A stretch of 64,000 nt of DNA from an uncultured delta proteobacterium. GTDB lineage: Bacteria; Desulfobacterota; Binatia; UBA9968. The DNA lies in the NCBI GenBank assembly GCA_963816145.1, contig CAWFJP010000015.1:165940-229939 (forward strand), given 5' to 3'. How positions within the stretch are numbered: position 1 is the stretch's first letter; each line of letters starts with the position of its first letter. Below, piece by piece: positions 1 to 11,401 of the stretch. Under the pieces are notes generated by a model. It saw nothing but the letters and a program-made list of their open reading frames with translations, did not search any database and was not told the origin of the DNA. The position numbers and the translations under genes were made by a program.

Positions 1-273
1 GATCTCATCGGCCGCCAACGCCGCCGCAGCAACGTTGCCGCCGCGCACGACGATATGCTCGGCGTTGACACCATATTTTTCGAACAGCTTGTTATCGAGG
101 GCGGCATACAAATGAATAAACCCGCCGGTGATAGCACAGGTGCCAATGCGCGCCCGGACCAACGGCTCGCCAGGCTTGGCGAGATAGGGATTGGCCTGAA
201 CCTTGTCCGCATAGGACATGGCGGCAACAGCCAAAACGAAATATCGCATCCAATAAGCGGTCATCCAGCGCAT
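1..273 (-). CDS. NitT/TauT-type ABC transporter substrate-binding protein, N-terminal part (runs off window)
   Basis: Manual translation MRWMTAYWMRYFVLAVAAMSYADKVQANPYL...LYAALDNKLFEKYGVNAEHIVVRGGNVAAAALAADEI; signal-peptide-like start; AGGAG upstream. Confidence 0.65.
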   Translation of the reverse strand, partial: MRWMTAYWMRYFVLAVAAMSYADKVQANPYLAKPGEPLVRARIGTCAITGGFIHLYAALDNKLFEKYGVNAEHIVVRGGNVAAAALAADEI

Positions 274-410
274 GCGGCACTCCTATTCAATCGCTCAACC
301 TGCGCCTATATACGAGGTTTCATTCGATGGGGTCAATGGAATAACCACGGTTCTGCAAAACTAGCAAACACAGACGCGCATCAGCGCGTCCGCACCGGGA
401 AGACACTGAA

Positions 411-999
411 TCACTCCTTGAACCACCAGCATTCCCAACCGTCGACCAGCGCGGCGAATTTCGCGTAGCCCGCCGCTCCGGGATGCGCGCCATCCCCAGC
501 CGACACCTCGGCCATCCATACCGGGTCTACGACTAAGACATCGAAGGTCGACAGAAACGGGACTCCTTGATCTGCGGCAACTTGCCCCATGGCAAGCGAC
601 AATTGACGAGTGCGCTCGTTGTGCTGCCGATCGCCGATCGGCGGCGGGCCGATCAGCGCAGTTCGGTAGCCGCGCTGCTGTGCCGTTCGCAGAATCTGCC
701 GAGTGTTCTGGATACTGACTAACTCAGGTACACGCGTGCGGCTGTCCTCGATCATCGTGTCGTTGACGCCATACGAAAAGACCACGTAAGGCGTACAAGA
801 GGTCGGCAAGCGGCGCTGCGATTCCGACTCCCAGCGCGCGGCAATCTCGCTACTGGTATCGCGCCGCACTCCCAGGTTGTAACAAGTCAGTTGGTGGCCT
901 CGCTGCCCAGGCGAGGATCGATACCCGTCCGGTCCAGCCGAGATACTCCGGATCGTTGGTACCGTGGACGAAGGAATCGCCGACGAAGCACAATCGCAT
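411..999 (-). CDS. SGNH/GDSL hydrolase, one frameshift near 905
   Basis: N-terminal MRLCFVGDSFVHG in one frame; YNLGVR, FSYGVND, DGAHP motifs in ORF 411..1199. Confidence 0.75.
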
Positions 1000-1297
1000 A
1001 TCGTCAACTTGCATGACTCTCTTAAAATATTCGATGGCAGAACGGTGATGGGAACAGAGTACCGTGGCGATCGGCGAACTTCGACACCGCCGTCGTCCTT
1101 TCGATACGGCGCGAGGAACTCACTGGCCCAACCGGGCCCGCTCCTGCGAAACCTGTGAAATCTCGATCTCGTGATCCGAGGGAGTTGAGCATCGCCCACG
1201 AAAGTTTAATTTGACATCAGAGGATCGGGTTGGATACTGTCAACCCCAAAGCCGGATGACCGGCCAAACTGACCGCACCGTCGCCAAGGAGATTCCT

Positions 1298-1786
1298 ATG
1301 CCGAAGATCACCAGCATCAGCCATGTCGTGCTTTATGTAAGAGATCTCGACAAGATGGTCGACTTCTACACCAACATGTTGGGGCTGATTAAGTACCGTG
1401 AAAACCCCGGTCGCATGGTTTTCCTCACCCCTGACCCGGAACTCGACGACCACCAACTCGCCCTGGTCAAAGGCCGCGAAGGCGATGCCAAGCTCATCGC
1501 CCATATCGCCTGGAAGGTCGAAACCCCCGCGGAGATCAAAGAGTTCTATGAACGCTTCAAAACCGCAGGCGTGCCCATCGACCATTGCGTCAGCCATGCC
1601 TATACCGAAATGGGCAATACCGTCTCATGCTACTTCCTCGACCCCGAAGGCAACCGCATCGAAGTCTACGCCCTGGTCGCCGAGCGCGACGACGCGCGGG
1701 AAAACCGCCCGTTGGACTTGGACAAGAGCTTAAGTGAAATCGTCGCCGTGGCGAGCGGCCGGGCGCCCGCGAGCGGCATGCATTGA
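1298..1786 (+). CDS. VOC/glyoxalase family protein
   Basis: ISHVVLYVRDLDKMVDFY...YFLDPEGNRIEVY; AGGAG RBS. Confidence 0.85.
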   Translation: MPKITSISHVVLYVRDLDKMVDFYTNMLGLIKYRENPGRMVFLTPDPELDDHQLALVKGREGDAKLIAHIAWKVETPAEIKEFYERFKTAGVPIDHCVSHAYTEMGNTVSCYFLDPEGNRIEVYALVAERDDARENRPLDLDKSLSEIVAVASGRAPASGMH

Positions 1787-1930
1787 TAGTTCTTTTGCAG
1801 CTGACGAAATTTCAAAGGGGTCGATCAACGGCGGACGAGTCCGGCGGTAAATGCCGGTTGTTTTTACGGTACTCTGACTGAATGACCCTCGGCTTTTGAA
1901 TTTGTCGACTGGAAGTAGAATCTACCGTTC

Positions 1931-2036
1931 GTCAGTCCGGCGCAGAGCCTGCCCCGGACTGGATCCGGAGTCGGAATCCAGTTTTTTCGGCATGGCAACA
2001 AAAGCGAAGATGGATGCCGGCCTTCGCCGGCATGAC
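1931..2036. repeat. REP/REPIN-like palindromic element
   Basis: GTCAGTCCGGCG...CGGAATCCA ... TGGATGCCGGCCTTCGCCGGCATGAC inverted pair between convergent genes. Confidence 0.6.
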
Positions 2037-2089
2037 AAATCTTCTGCTCGACTGAAGCATCCCTGAGAGGGACGCCAGCTTACCCACTA

Positions 2090-2809
2090 TCAATTTCCGA
2101 TTGGCTGCAAGCCGCTTTTTATAATCGCGCTGGCCGCCGCCGGCGACCCGAGGAATTTAATCACCGCACGAGCCGTATCGACGTCGGTGGTCGTAGCGGC
2201 GATTCCGGCCGAGAACACCGAGACTTTCTGCACTTCCGGCGGCAGCGGCGTGACATGGGCGATACCAGACACGGGCATCAGCTCGCTCATCTGCTGGAAA
2301 CCGATCTCCGCCTCACCGCGCGCAATCACCGCGCCGACGCGCTCGCCGCCGCCGATGAGCCGGCTCTTGCTCATCACCTGGTCGGCGATCCCTAACCGTT
2401 GGTAGAGTTCTTTAGTGAGATAGTCGCCGCTGACGCTGGCCGAGTACGCGATCGACTTGGCCAGCAAAAGCGTGCGCTTCAACGCATCGATGGAACCGAT
2501 GTCGGGCTTGGGTGCTCCGGCGCGCACGGCCATGCCGATGGCGGAGCGCACCAGGGGCGTATAGCTTTCAGACAAAACCAAACCGTCCTTGATGAAGCCG
2601 GTAAGCACACCATCCGCGACAATGATAACGTCAACGGCCTCGCCGCGTTTAAGCCGACTGGGAATAGAAGTATCACCCGTCCCGATGGAAGTTGCCGCAG
2701 TAACGATCTTTTTTTTGGTCAACGCTTCGAGTTGGGGAATCAACTCAAGATACGCCGCAGTAAAAGCCCCCGAGGTCATCACTCTGATTTCATTGGTCGC
2801 AGTATTCAT
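2090..2809 (-). CDS. ModA-like ABC substrate-binding protein
   Basis: MTSGAFTAAYLEL, GMAVRAGAPKPDI, GEAEIGFQQMSEL. Confidence 0.8.
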   Translation of the reverse strand: MNTATNEIRVMTSGAFTAAYLELIPQLEALTKKKIVTAATSIGTGDTSIPSRLKRGEAVDVIIVADGVLTGFIKDGLVLSESYTPLVRSAIGMAVRAGAPKPDIGSIDALKRTLLLAKSIAYSASVSGDYLTKELYQRLGIADQVMSKSRLIGGGERVGAVIARGEAEIGFQQMSELMPVSGIAHVTPLPPEVQKVSVFSAGIAATTTDVDTARAVIKFLGSPAAASAIIKSGLQPIGN

Positions 2810-2951
2810 GTTTGCTTTGTCTCCGTGGTTGCCGGCTCGAGCCGTAGATTGCAGACGTCCTTCTTAAAGTTGTTATCCCTGGACACAGAACACAATCAAG
2901 TCGCCACATTGTTCTGATTGGGTGGGCTGGATCCGATCCAGCGCCAGCGTT

Positions 2952-3434
2952 TCAATATAACGCACCGTTCTTATGTAAGAACCGCCATTTCCCGTCCTCG
3001 TCCAACACAGCTTGTAAATCGTCGTCGGGGTAGCTCACGGTGTCGCCCGCGCTACGGTCGCCCACTTCGAGATAAATAACATCTTCATCCGTTCGGTTGA
3101 CAAGATGATGGCCGTCTCCAGTACCGGCTTTGAAACCCGCGCACATTCCAGGCGAGAGCGGTGCCTCGCCGTCATCCGTGATGAGAACCGCGTGCCCCGC
3201 CAAGATGTAGACGAACTCATCTTGCTTTGAGTGAGCGTGGCGCAGCGCAGAGGATCCGCCAGGCGCAAGGCGCGTTAGATTGACACCGAAGTTGGATAAA
3301 CCGAACGGGTCGCCGAGCGGCCGCTTTTCTCGCCGAGCCATGCGCGAGAAAAATGGCTCCGGATAATTTGACGGCTTGGTTCGCGGCGCCGCTTCCTGGG
3401 CAACGACTGCGGTTGGGAAATTAGCATTTGGCAT
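2952..3434 (-). CDS. Cupin domain protein (terminal gene of array A)
   Basis: GLSNFGVNLTRLAPGGSSALRHAHSKQDEFVYIL; follows attC 3453-3581. Confidence 0.85.
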   Translation of the reverse strand: MPNANFPTAVVAQEAAPRTKPSNYPEPFFSRMARREKRPLGDPFGLSNFGVNLTRLAPGGSSALRHAHSKQDEFVYILAGHAVLITDDGEAPLSPGMCAGFKAGTGDGHHLVNRTDEDVIYLEVGDRSAGDTVSYPDDDLQAVLDEDGKWRFLHKNGALY

Positions 3435-3452
3435 AATGCCTCCTACTCATGG

Positions 3453-3581
3453 AGCTAACGATCCGGCCCGATAAGGCTCGGCAAGCAAAAGCGTAGCTTC
3501 GATCCGCAAAAGCGGATCTTGGCCTGGGCTACGCCGACCGTGCGGACGGCGAAGCCTTTAAGTTGGCCTGAGTTGTTAGGT
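3453..3581 (-). repeat. attC site
   Basis: AGCTAAC ... GGCCCGATAAGGCT / AGCCTTTAAGTTGGCC ... GTTAGGT. Confidence 0.65.
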
Positions 3582-3850
3582 TTCGCCACTATTGCCTTGA
3601 ATGCAAGCGACCATATTGCCTTCCGTATCAAAGGCCAAGGCAACGAAACCGTATTGACCGATGGATGTCTTCTCTCGTTGCATGCGCCCACCGGATGCCG
3701 TAACCCGCTCCGTCTCTACGTCGCAATCCAAGCAAGTGGAGTAAACCAGCGTACTGTTTCCGCCGGACGGGAAACCATCCATTTTGACTAAGGCACCCGA
3801 GGCCCCCACACGGTCCATGGCCATCGGAAAACTCCACATCTCCAGTCTCA
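3576..3850 (-). pseudogene. VOC family fragment
   Basis: GASGALVKMDG...GGNSTLVY...KTSIGQYGFVALAFDTEGN; N-terminus missing. Confidence 0.6.
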
Positions 3851-3879
3851 GCGCTTGGCGAACTTGAGGTCGTCACCTT

Positions 3880-4430
3880 TGGCGCGGCGACCGTTCGCAC
3901 CAACTCGAGTCCGTGCAGGTTGTCGCCGACCCCATCGAACAACCGCTCGCCGCTGCCGAGGAAGCCGGCACGAGATTGATCTCCATCTCGTCCACGAGGC
4001 CGGCAGCGAGATACTGCTGTGCGGCACTCGCGCCGGCGCCGAGCGAGACGTCTTTACCGCCAGCGGCGCGCCTCGCCAGATCGAGCGCCGTCTCGATGCC
4101 GCTGGTGACAAACGTGAAGGTCTCCCGCCTTTAAGTTTAAGCGGTTCACGGGCGTGGTGCGTGAACACAAAACCGGGTGATGGAATGGCGGATCAACTCC
4201 CCACCAACCGGTCCATGGATTCTTGCCATCTCAAGGGCCGGGGTGGCCGCCAAACATGTTGCGCCCCATCACCGTGGCGCCGATGTTGGCGAGCGATTCC
4301 TCGACGACCGGGGTGCTTTCATTGACCTCGCCGCCTTCAAGGCCGAGAAGCGATCGCAACACGGCAAGTTGAAATACCCACTCATGCAGACGCCCGCCGC
4401 CGACAGTTTGCCCTTTGGCCCACACGCTTC
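3880..4430 (-). pseudogene. DHFR/RibD C-terminal family, frameshifted remnant
   Basis: NIGATVMGRNMFGGHPGP, FTHHAREPLKLKGG, AGLVDEMEINL in shifting frames. Confidence 0.65.
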
Positions 4431-4572
4431 CGTCTCAATGATACAAGGTATGCGGTTTGGCGGAGGTAGTTTTCGCAGCCATCGTCATTGAATCCAGAAA
4501 AAGCGAGCGCTTTCGGTTAAGGCCTTAACCGCCGTGTGCTTGCGGGTTCGATGGATAACAACCGACTCGACG

Positions 4573-5301
4573 CTAAAGTTCGAGATCCGCCAGGACTTCG
4601 TACCAGCTGTTCTGGCCCTTACGGACGGGGTCGATGTTTAGTTCTTGGCGCCAGACAGCGAGCGGCTTGTCGAGCCCTTCCTCCCAACGGATACCCATCA
4701 ACGGTTTGATGCGCTCGGCCATGTCCCAGCCGGCGCGCACCGAGTGGACTTGCTGCCCCCACCCTTCGACGCGCAACATGCTCAACGCGATGGCGCCGAG
4801 ATCGATGGTCATGAAAGCCGGGTAGCCGTATTGCAGCGCGGTGATCGCGATGACTCCCAGTTCGCCGGGACCGATCATGGAAAAGCCGGTGACAATGTGA
4901 TGAAAGTCGTGGGTCTTGCGCACGCGCATGGTGACGTAGTCGGTCTCCTCGTCGATGCTCGGGCGGTCGCCGTAGAAGTGGGCCGCATAGCCGAGGCGCT
5001 TCATCACCTTGGCGTAGACATAACCGAGGGAGTCGCGCGGATATGTAACTAACTCGTCAAGGTTCAGTTCAGGTCCCATGTATCGCTCTTCAATGCATTT
5101 CCGAGCCGGTGGGTCTGCGCGCATGCGCTCTATGCAGGTTTTCATCACAGGCCGGTTGCGGAAATGGTCCTCCAACCGCCCCACCGTGGCAGTGTCCTTG
5201 CCTTGGCCGAGCGCGAACTCCACCGTCATCTCAAACGCCCGCGCTGCCGGCACAGTGAGAGCAATCGCCTTTAGTGTGTTTTGCAAATGTTGGTAGCCCA
5301 T
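4573..5301 (-). CDS. Coq4 family protein
   Basis: YPRDSLGYVY, RVRKTHDFHHIVTGF...GELG (HDxxH motif). Confidence 0.75.
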   Translation of the reverse strand: MGYQHLQNTLKAIALTVPAARAFEMTVEFALGQGKDTATVGRLEDHFRNRPVMKTCIERMRADPPARKCIEERYMGPELNLDELVTYPRDSLGYVYAKVMKRLGYAAHFYGDRPSIDEETDYVTMRVRKTHDFHHIVTGFSMIGPGELGVIAITALQYGYPAFMTIDLGAIALSMLRVEGWGQQVHSVRAGWDMAERIKPLMGIRWEEGLDKPLAVWRQELNIDPVRKGQNSWYEVLADLEL

Positions 5302-5474
5302 TCGGGTCCCCTTTCGCGTTGGCGCCAATCATTAGGCCGATAGCCCATATAAGCACCCGATTCAACAGTTCGGCAGGCTCTGGCTTCACATCCGCACGGC
5401 GTATGGGTGCAGCGATTTCACGGCAGCCTGACGTTCGATATGAGGTAATGGTCAAGTTGGCGTGGTTCCATGTG

Positions 5475-5549
5475 TTCTAACTCCAGGCATCAGGCGCGGT
5501 GGGAGCGCAGCGGATACTGTACGCCGTCGCCGGCAAGCGTTTGTTAGGC
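5475..5549 (-). repeat. attC site
   Basis: TTCTAAC ... GTTAGGC downstream of ORF 5584..6105. Confidence 0.6.
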
Positions 5550-5583
5550 TGGCTACATTACCTGTACCAGTTACGCCGGCAAG

Positions 5584-6105
5584 TTAGCCGTGATTTGCAT
5601 ACTTGTACCTCAGGCCGAGACTTGTGGCGAATGCGCGAACGCGCGACTCTGCGATGACAGGGGCGATCCACATGCAGTTCGAAAACGCGTCCGGCCACTC
5701 AAGCAGAGCCAAGGAGTTGGCGTAGAGGAAGATGTGATCAAAGAGCTCAGGCTCGGCGTGGTGCAGCGAGGCGTTCGCAAGCACCTCACACAGCAGAGGC
5801 GCGAAGCGACAGCGGAACCGCAAAATGCTGCCGGTAGACCAGAGCGTCTGCGGCTTTGGCAGATATGGACCATCATCGACGTGTTGCTCGAAGATCCGCA
5901 CGATATCCGGAGCGATCGATGAACCTTCGAAGAAAACCGCAGTCGCTTCGGAAAATGCTGAAGAAATCGCGTGGAGAAATATCGCGCAGTCAACTGTACC
6001 TTCCTCGATCTCCCAGCATGGTCCCATCGGGAGCGAAAGCGGAATTTGCATTGAGCGTGGGGCGCGCAGCGTCGTTGGGTCTTGGCTAACGCTCGTCCGC
6101 TGCAT
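5584..6105 (-). CDS. Hypothetical cassette protein (true start probably downstream of attC 6084)
   Basis: ORF between two attC-like sites. Confidence 0.55.
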   Translation of the reverse strand: MQRTSVSQDPTTLRAPRSMQIPLSLPMGPCWEIEEGTVDCAIFLHAISSAFSEATAVFFEGSSIAPDIVRIFEQHVDDGPYLPKPQTLWSTGSILRFRCRFAPLLCEVLANASLHHAEPELFDHIFLYANSLALLEWPDAFSNCMWIAPVIAESRVRAFATSLGLRYKYANHG

Positions 6106-6118
6106 GCCGTTGTTGGGC
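6084..6118 (-). repeat. Minimal or internally deleted attC-like site
   Basis: GGCTAAC GCTCGTCCGCTGCATGCCGTT GTTGGGC. Confidence 0.45.
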
Positions 6119-6155
6119 GCGGATAGCGCTTGACCACATCCTGCTTGAACCTCGT

Positions 6156-8761
6156 CTAAGCAATAGCATTCTCCACCCGGGAGTAGAAATACTTCTTGGC
6201 CAACTCAGCGGCCAGGACGTAGAATGCCGTTAGTCCGAGCAATGTCAGCATGAGCGATGCGGGCAACGGGATGAAGCCAAACAGCGAACTGAACGGCAGA
6301 TACGGCAGTACGAGCGTAACGCCAATGAAGACCAACGTACTCACCAGCAAGAGCGTGCCCGGGCGGCTGCGGAAGAACGGATGGCGCGTGCGCACGACCA
6401 GCGCGATGACGAGCTCGGTCAACAGCGATTCGATAAACCAGCCGGTGCGAAACTCCACCGGCGCAGCGCGAAATAAAAACAACAATATCCCGAAGGTCAG
6501 GAAGTCGAAGAGCGAGCTGACCAGGCCGAAGAGCACCATGTAGTTGCGGATGAACTTGGTATTCCAGCGGCGCGGCTTTTCCACCCATTCCGGGTCGACA
6601 TTGTCGCCGGCGATGGTTATGCCGGGAATGTCGGAAAGAAAGTTGTTGAGCAGGATTTGTGAAGCGAGCAGGGGCAGAAATGGCAGGAACATCGAAGCGC
6701 CGGCCATGCTGAACATGTTGCCGAAGTTGGCGCTGAGTGGTCGTGAGAATGTACTTGAGTGTATTGGCGAACGTCCTGCGGCCTTCATCGATGCCCTCGC
6801 GCAATATGCCCAAATCCGTTTTGAGCAGGACAAAGTCGGCGGCGTCTTTGGCCACATCCACCGCGGTGTCCACCGAGAGGCTCACGTCGGCGGCATGCAG
6901 GGCCGGCGCGTCGTTGATGCCATCGCCCATATAGCCGACCACGTGCCCGGTCTTGCGCAGCGCAAGGATGATGCGTTCCTTCTGGTTGGGATCCACTTCC
7001 GCGAAGATCGTGGTGCGTTCGGCAAGATGCCAGAGGGCCTCGTCACGCAGGTCGGCCAGCTCACTGCCGGTCAACACACCCGTGACCTGCAACTTCACCG
7101 CCTCCGCGACGTGCCGCGCCACCTTCTGATTATCGCCGGTGACGAGTTTGATTTGCACACCGCGTTTCGCCAGATCGACGATGACTTGCTGCACATCGGA
7201 TTTTGGCGGATCGAAGAAGAGCAGAAAGCCGGCGAAAGCGAGGGCGTTTTCATCGGCGCGCGAATAGGCTTCAGGCCGCCCGTCTACCGTCTTCGTCGCC
7301 ACACCGAGCACACGGAAGCCTTTGGCGCTCCATTCACTGATACCGCTGCTCGATCCCTGCCCGCCTCGCCGCATCCAGCGGCCGGACTCCCTCCCCAGTT
7401 TGCACGCTGTCACAGATGCTCAGGACGTTATCCAGGGCGCCCTTGGTGATGAGAGTGCGCTCGCCTTGGGGACCGGCAGTGACCACACTCAGGCGCTTGC
7501 GCACGAAGTCATAGGGGATCTCGTCCACCTTTTGTTCGGCGCTGATGTCCGGCCCCGCCTGTAGCGCGTAAGCTTGAATCGCCTCGTCCAGAGGATTGTT
7601 CATACCGGTCTGGAAGTGTGCGTTGAGATAGGCGTAGCGCAGAACGGCCTTGGACGGTTGCCCCGTTGTATCGAGTGCGCCGTCGAGTCGGACGACACCT
7701 TCGGTGAGCGTGCCGGTCTTATCGGTGCACAGCACATCCATGCTGCCGAAGTTTTCGATGGAGTTCAGGTGGCGCACGATAACGCCGCGTTTGGCCATAC
7801 GCTGTGCCCCGTGCGAGAGCGTAATGCTGATGATGGCCGGCAAGAGTTCGGGCGCCAGGCCCACCGCCAGCGCGAGCGAAAAGAGCAGCGAGTCGATCAG
7901 CGGCTTGGCAAGGAAAAGGTTGACCGCCAAGACGATAATCACCATCACCAGCATGACCTGTGTGAGCAGATTTCCGAACCGATGAATGCCGCGTTCGAAC
8001 TCGGTCTCCAACCGGCGCAGGCTCAGCCGTAGGGCGATCTGGCCGAACACGGTGGCCTTACCCGTCTGGACAAGCAGCATCTGGGCGGTTCCGCTCCTGA
8101 CACTGGTGCCCATGAAGACGGAGTTGGTGCGTTCCGCCAGGCTGGCGTTCGCTGGGACCGTCCCCGGCTGCTTTTCCACCGGGAAGGTTTCGCCAGTGAG
8201 CACGGCCTGGTTGACAAAGAAGTCATTTGCCGCGAGCACGACACCATCGGCGGGGATCAGGCTACCCGCAGAGAGCAGTACCACATCGCCTGGCACTACT
8301 TGCTCGGAGGGCAGCATTTGCGGCTGACCGCCACGTAGCACGCTGGATTTGATAGTGATCCGTGACCGTAGTTTCTCGACGGCATTGCTGGCACGGTACT
8401 CCTGCGCGAAGCCAAGCACCGTGCTGCCGAGCACCACAGCCAGCACAATGCTGGCATCGGTCCACTCGCCGACAACGAGGGAGACAACCGCGGCGAAGAT
8501 GAGGATGAGAACAAGCGGGCTTTTGAACTGGTTCAGGAACAGCCCCAATGCGGTGGTCTGCTGTTGTGCTTTAATCGTGTTCAGCCCGTATCGCATCAGA
8601 CGTTGTTTAACGTCCGCTGGTTCAAGGCCCTTGTTGGTGGTGCGCAACGCGGCAAGGAGCTGCTCGGGCGCGCGGCTCCAATAAGCCGCCAGAGTTCCCT
8701 GGGCGTCCTGTTGCCCAGCTTGTGGCGGTTTGCGGGGAAAGAAACTGGCGAAGGGTTTCAT
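6156..8761 (-). CDS. mgtA: Magnesium-translocating P-type ATPase, two frameshifts (~7330, ~6740)
   Basis: LTGETFP, PELLP, DKTGTLT, PYDFVRKR, TGDN, GDGINDAPAL, SANFGNMFS across three ORFs. Confidence 0.85.
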
Positions 8762-8929
8762 CTCATTCGATTTCTCTGGAACACGTCTGGTTCCCATCTC
8801 CCGGAGGCAGCGGCAGGTTCATGGACAAGGAACAGCCTACCCTGGCTCGTTCACGAGCACTTGCGCATCACCGCCCAGCGTGACAAGCACCCCAAAGCCC
8901 CCTGTTGGGCGGTCCGGTTCACGCCATGG

Positions 8930-9532
8930 TTAGTCCTTCCGCGCGACGATTGCATAGCGTCCTTTATCATGCCCCGTTGTCGGTAGGTTCATGAATTCTC
9001 CAATGACAATTCGACAACCCAGGCCCTGAAGAATGCGACTCGTCTCCTCCGGAGTGTTTGAGTCGTAGAAAAACTCTTGCCCAAACATATGGTCGGTAAA
9101 CGGCGGCTGCTCAGAACCACCAACCGTAAGCATAATCTTCCCGCCTCCAGGGAGCGTCTCGACAACTCTGCGTAGTATTTTGGCGTGCGTTGCGCGGTCA
9201 ATGTGAAAAAGTGAATCCCAGACGATAGCGGCAGCAAATCCGATACTGAATTCGTACTGCTCAATGGGCGAGAGAATCCACCGCTCGCTTGGGAAGCGAG
9301 CCTTGGCCAGCTTTATGAGTTCCTCGGCCTGATCGATTCCGAGGACTTTATGCCCCCTGGAAATTACATACTCTGCCATCGGACGACCCGCACCACAGCC
9401 GACATCGACTACCAGAGAGTTATCCGGCAGATCAGCCAAAAGAATATCCAGGTAGTCTTTTTCTCGGCCGTAGAATTTTGTCCGGGCTTCATCCCACTGA
9501 CCGGCAATCCTATTGTAGGAAGCGCGGTTCAT
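8930..9532 (-). CDS. Class I SAM-dependent methyltransferase
   Basis: VVDVGCGAG, WDSLFHI. Confidence 0.85.
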   Translation of the reverse strand: MNRASYNRIAGQWDEARTKFYGREKDYLDILLADLPDNSLVVDVGCGAGRPMAEYVISRGHKVLGIDQAEELIKLAKARFPSERWILSPIEQYEFSIGFAAAIVWDSLFHIDRATHAKILRRVVETLPGGGKIMLTVGGSEQPPFTDHMFGQEFFYDSNTPEETSRILQGLGCRIVIGEFMNLPTTGHDKGRYAIVARKD

Positions 9533-9538
9533 ATGAAG

Positions 9539-9631
9539 GCCTAACGACCCAAGCCCAACGGCCCCGCCCATGAGGGGCCACGATTGCAACCACAATGCGA
9601 TGGCCGAGTTCGCCGCAGCGCAAGGTTAGGC
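9539..9631 (-). repeat. attC site
   Basis: GCCTAAC ... GTTAGGC. Confidence 0.7.
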
Positions 9632-9759
9632 ATCATCATCGTCATCTGTATCATGTCACTTCTGCTCGGCGTCGAGTCGCCAGCCGTCGTCGGTGTGGCC
9701 TTTGGCGGCGGAAGCTCACAATACGACTGAAAATCAATCATGCTCATGGTCCCACGCCA

Positions 9760-9925
9760 AGCGAGTGCCTAAATTCACAGACCCAGTGCAAAAGATATGG
9801 CTAAGGTGTTGCATGGAACACTACTACGAACAGTTTTCGCTTGAAGAGCGCTATACGGTTTCCCAACTTAGCCAAGCCGGGAAAACAATCCGCCAAATCG
9901 CGGCAGCTATGGATGGCGCGCCTAG
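9760..9925 (+). mobile_element. IS30-family transposase N-terminal remnant
   Basis: MEHYYEQFSLEERYTVSQLSQAGKTIRQIAAAMDGAPS resembles the IS30 N-terminal HTH; truncated. Confidence 0.6.
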
Positions 9926-10230
9926 CGCTTTTCCGGCGGTATGGATCTGATTGCGGCTGAAAACTCTGCATGAGCCACCGGATCAACCGGCCTATGCTTG
10001 ACCTTGGTACTCGCAGGGTCCTTGCCAAGAAAGTTGTCGCCTTTCCAGTTCCTTATCGGTCTGATCGGTCTCGGCACAAAGCCGCCCCCGCAGTTCGGGC
10101 AGACGTTTTCCAGGACGTTATCGACACACGTGGCGCAAAACGTACACTCATAAGTGCAGATGCGCGCTTCAAGCGAGTCGGGAGGCAACGCCTTGTTGCA
10201 GTTCTCGCAAGTGGGTCTGAGTTCGAGCAT
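9922..10230 (-). CDS. DUF1272 protein (copy 1)
   Basis: MLELRPTCENC...ICTYECTFC...CPNCGGGFVPRP. Confidence 0.9.
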   Translation of the reverse strand: MLELRPTCENCNKALPPDSLEARICTYECTFCATCVDNVLENVCPNCGGGFVPRPIRPIRNWKGDNFLGKDPASTKVKHRPVDPVAHAEFSAAIRSIPPEKR

Positions 10231-10310
10231 GGTGTCCCTCTATGACGACTAAGGTTCGCGATACGCAGCCGCGAAGAAGCGGTCCGGCCGATCGCGGGGC
10301 TGGGCATCGC

Positions 10311-11114
10311 CTAGTTCGCGACGACTGCTCGGACTGCCCAGGCCCGAGCGGATAACGAAATCGAACCGTCCGCTTGCAGCGGGATGCGCTCTCGCAGGCG
10401 ATCGCGTAGGCGCGTCCGCGCGGTCTCCTCAAGGGCCATCGCATACGCAGGTGCTGGTCCCTGGCCGCCGAGAAACGGCCGCCAGTAGTCTTCGAAAGTG
10501 GCAAAGCTCGTCGCGATGTCGATCGCCGTCACTTCGGTTCCGCCCAATCCTGCGCTCGCGAAAAGCTCAGTGAGCGCCTCCGGACGGCACAATGGGAAAC
10601 GGGCCCCTTCGTCCAGCTTCGCTGCGTCTGGATTGAGATCAATTGCCGCATCCCAGAAATGGCGCATCATCTCCATCCTTCCCGCGTAGTCCCAGACGTA
10701 CGCCGCGATCGTTCCTCCGTCAGTCGTTACCCGCGCCATTTCGCGTACGGCAGCGAGTGCATCTGGAACGAAGTTCAAGACGAACCCCGAAACCGCGACG
10801 TCGACGGACCGGTCCTCGAGCGGAATCTCCGCAGCACTGCCGCGCCGTAGCAGCACCCGAGCGCCAAGCTGCTCTTTGGCCTTTTCGAGAAAGCCTTCCG
10901 AAGGCTCGACGCCGATGACTGACAGGGGCGAACAATTGTCCAGAATCGCGGCGCTGAGCGCACCCGTGCCGCATCCAACATCGAGCCAGCGGCGCTGGGC
11001 AGGAATCTTCAACCATGCGAGAAACAGCGGCGCAACCCGACGGCTCCAGCGGCCGACATACTGCTCATACGGATCGCCTCGTTCCCACCTGTCCGAGATC
11101 TGCGTCGAAACCAT
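10311..11114 (-). CDS. Class I SAM-dependent methyltransferase
   Basis: WLDVGCGTGAL, AYVWDY. Confidence 0.9.
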   Translation of the reverse strand: MVSTQISDRWERGDPYEQYVGRWSRRVAPLFLAWLKIPAQRRWLDVGCGTGALSAAILDNCSPLSVIGVEPSEGFLEKAKEQLGARVLLRRGSAAEIPLEDRSVDVAVSGFVLNFVPDALAAVREMARVTTDGGTIAAYVWDYAGRMEMMRHFWDAAIDLNPDAAKLDEGARFPLCRPEALTELFASAGLGGTEVTAIDIATSFATFEDYWRPFLGGQGPAPAYAMALEETARTRLRDRLRERIPLQADGSISLSARAWAVRAVVAN

Positions 11115-11336
11115 GAGATCCTCACTTCAGCGACCCCAATATTAAGGCAACCGGTGCGGCTTTGCGTGTCCTAGAATTGTATGAGATTTACGATCTCTCC
11201 GGCAACATCGGCCGGGGTTTATTCATTCAAGAATAACACGGAGTCAGCCGGGAGCGCCCGGGCGATTGGCGTCAAATAAATTTGCATTCTGCTCCAATCA
11301 GCACCGAGGACATTCTTAATTTGGTCTCGTAGCTAA

Positions 11337-11396
11337 TCTCAACGTTTGAGTGAAGCCGCGCACGCCTGGCGCGCCCGCTTGAACGACGGGTCAGAC
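11337..11396 (-). repeat. attC site (degenerate core)
   Basis: TCTCAAC ... GAAGC / GCTTGAAC ... GTCAGAC next to the stop codon at 11402. Confidence 0.55.
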
Positions 11397-11401
11397 GACG
11401 C

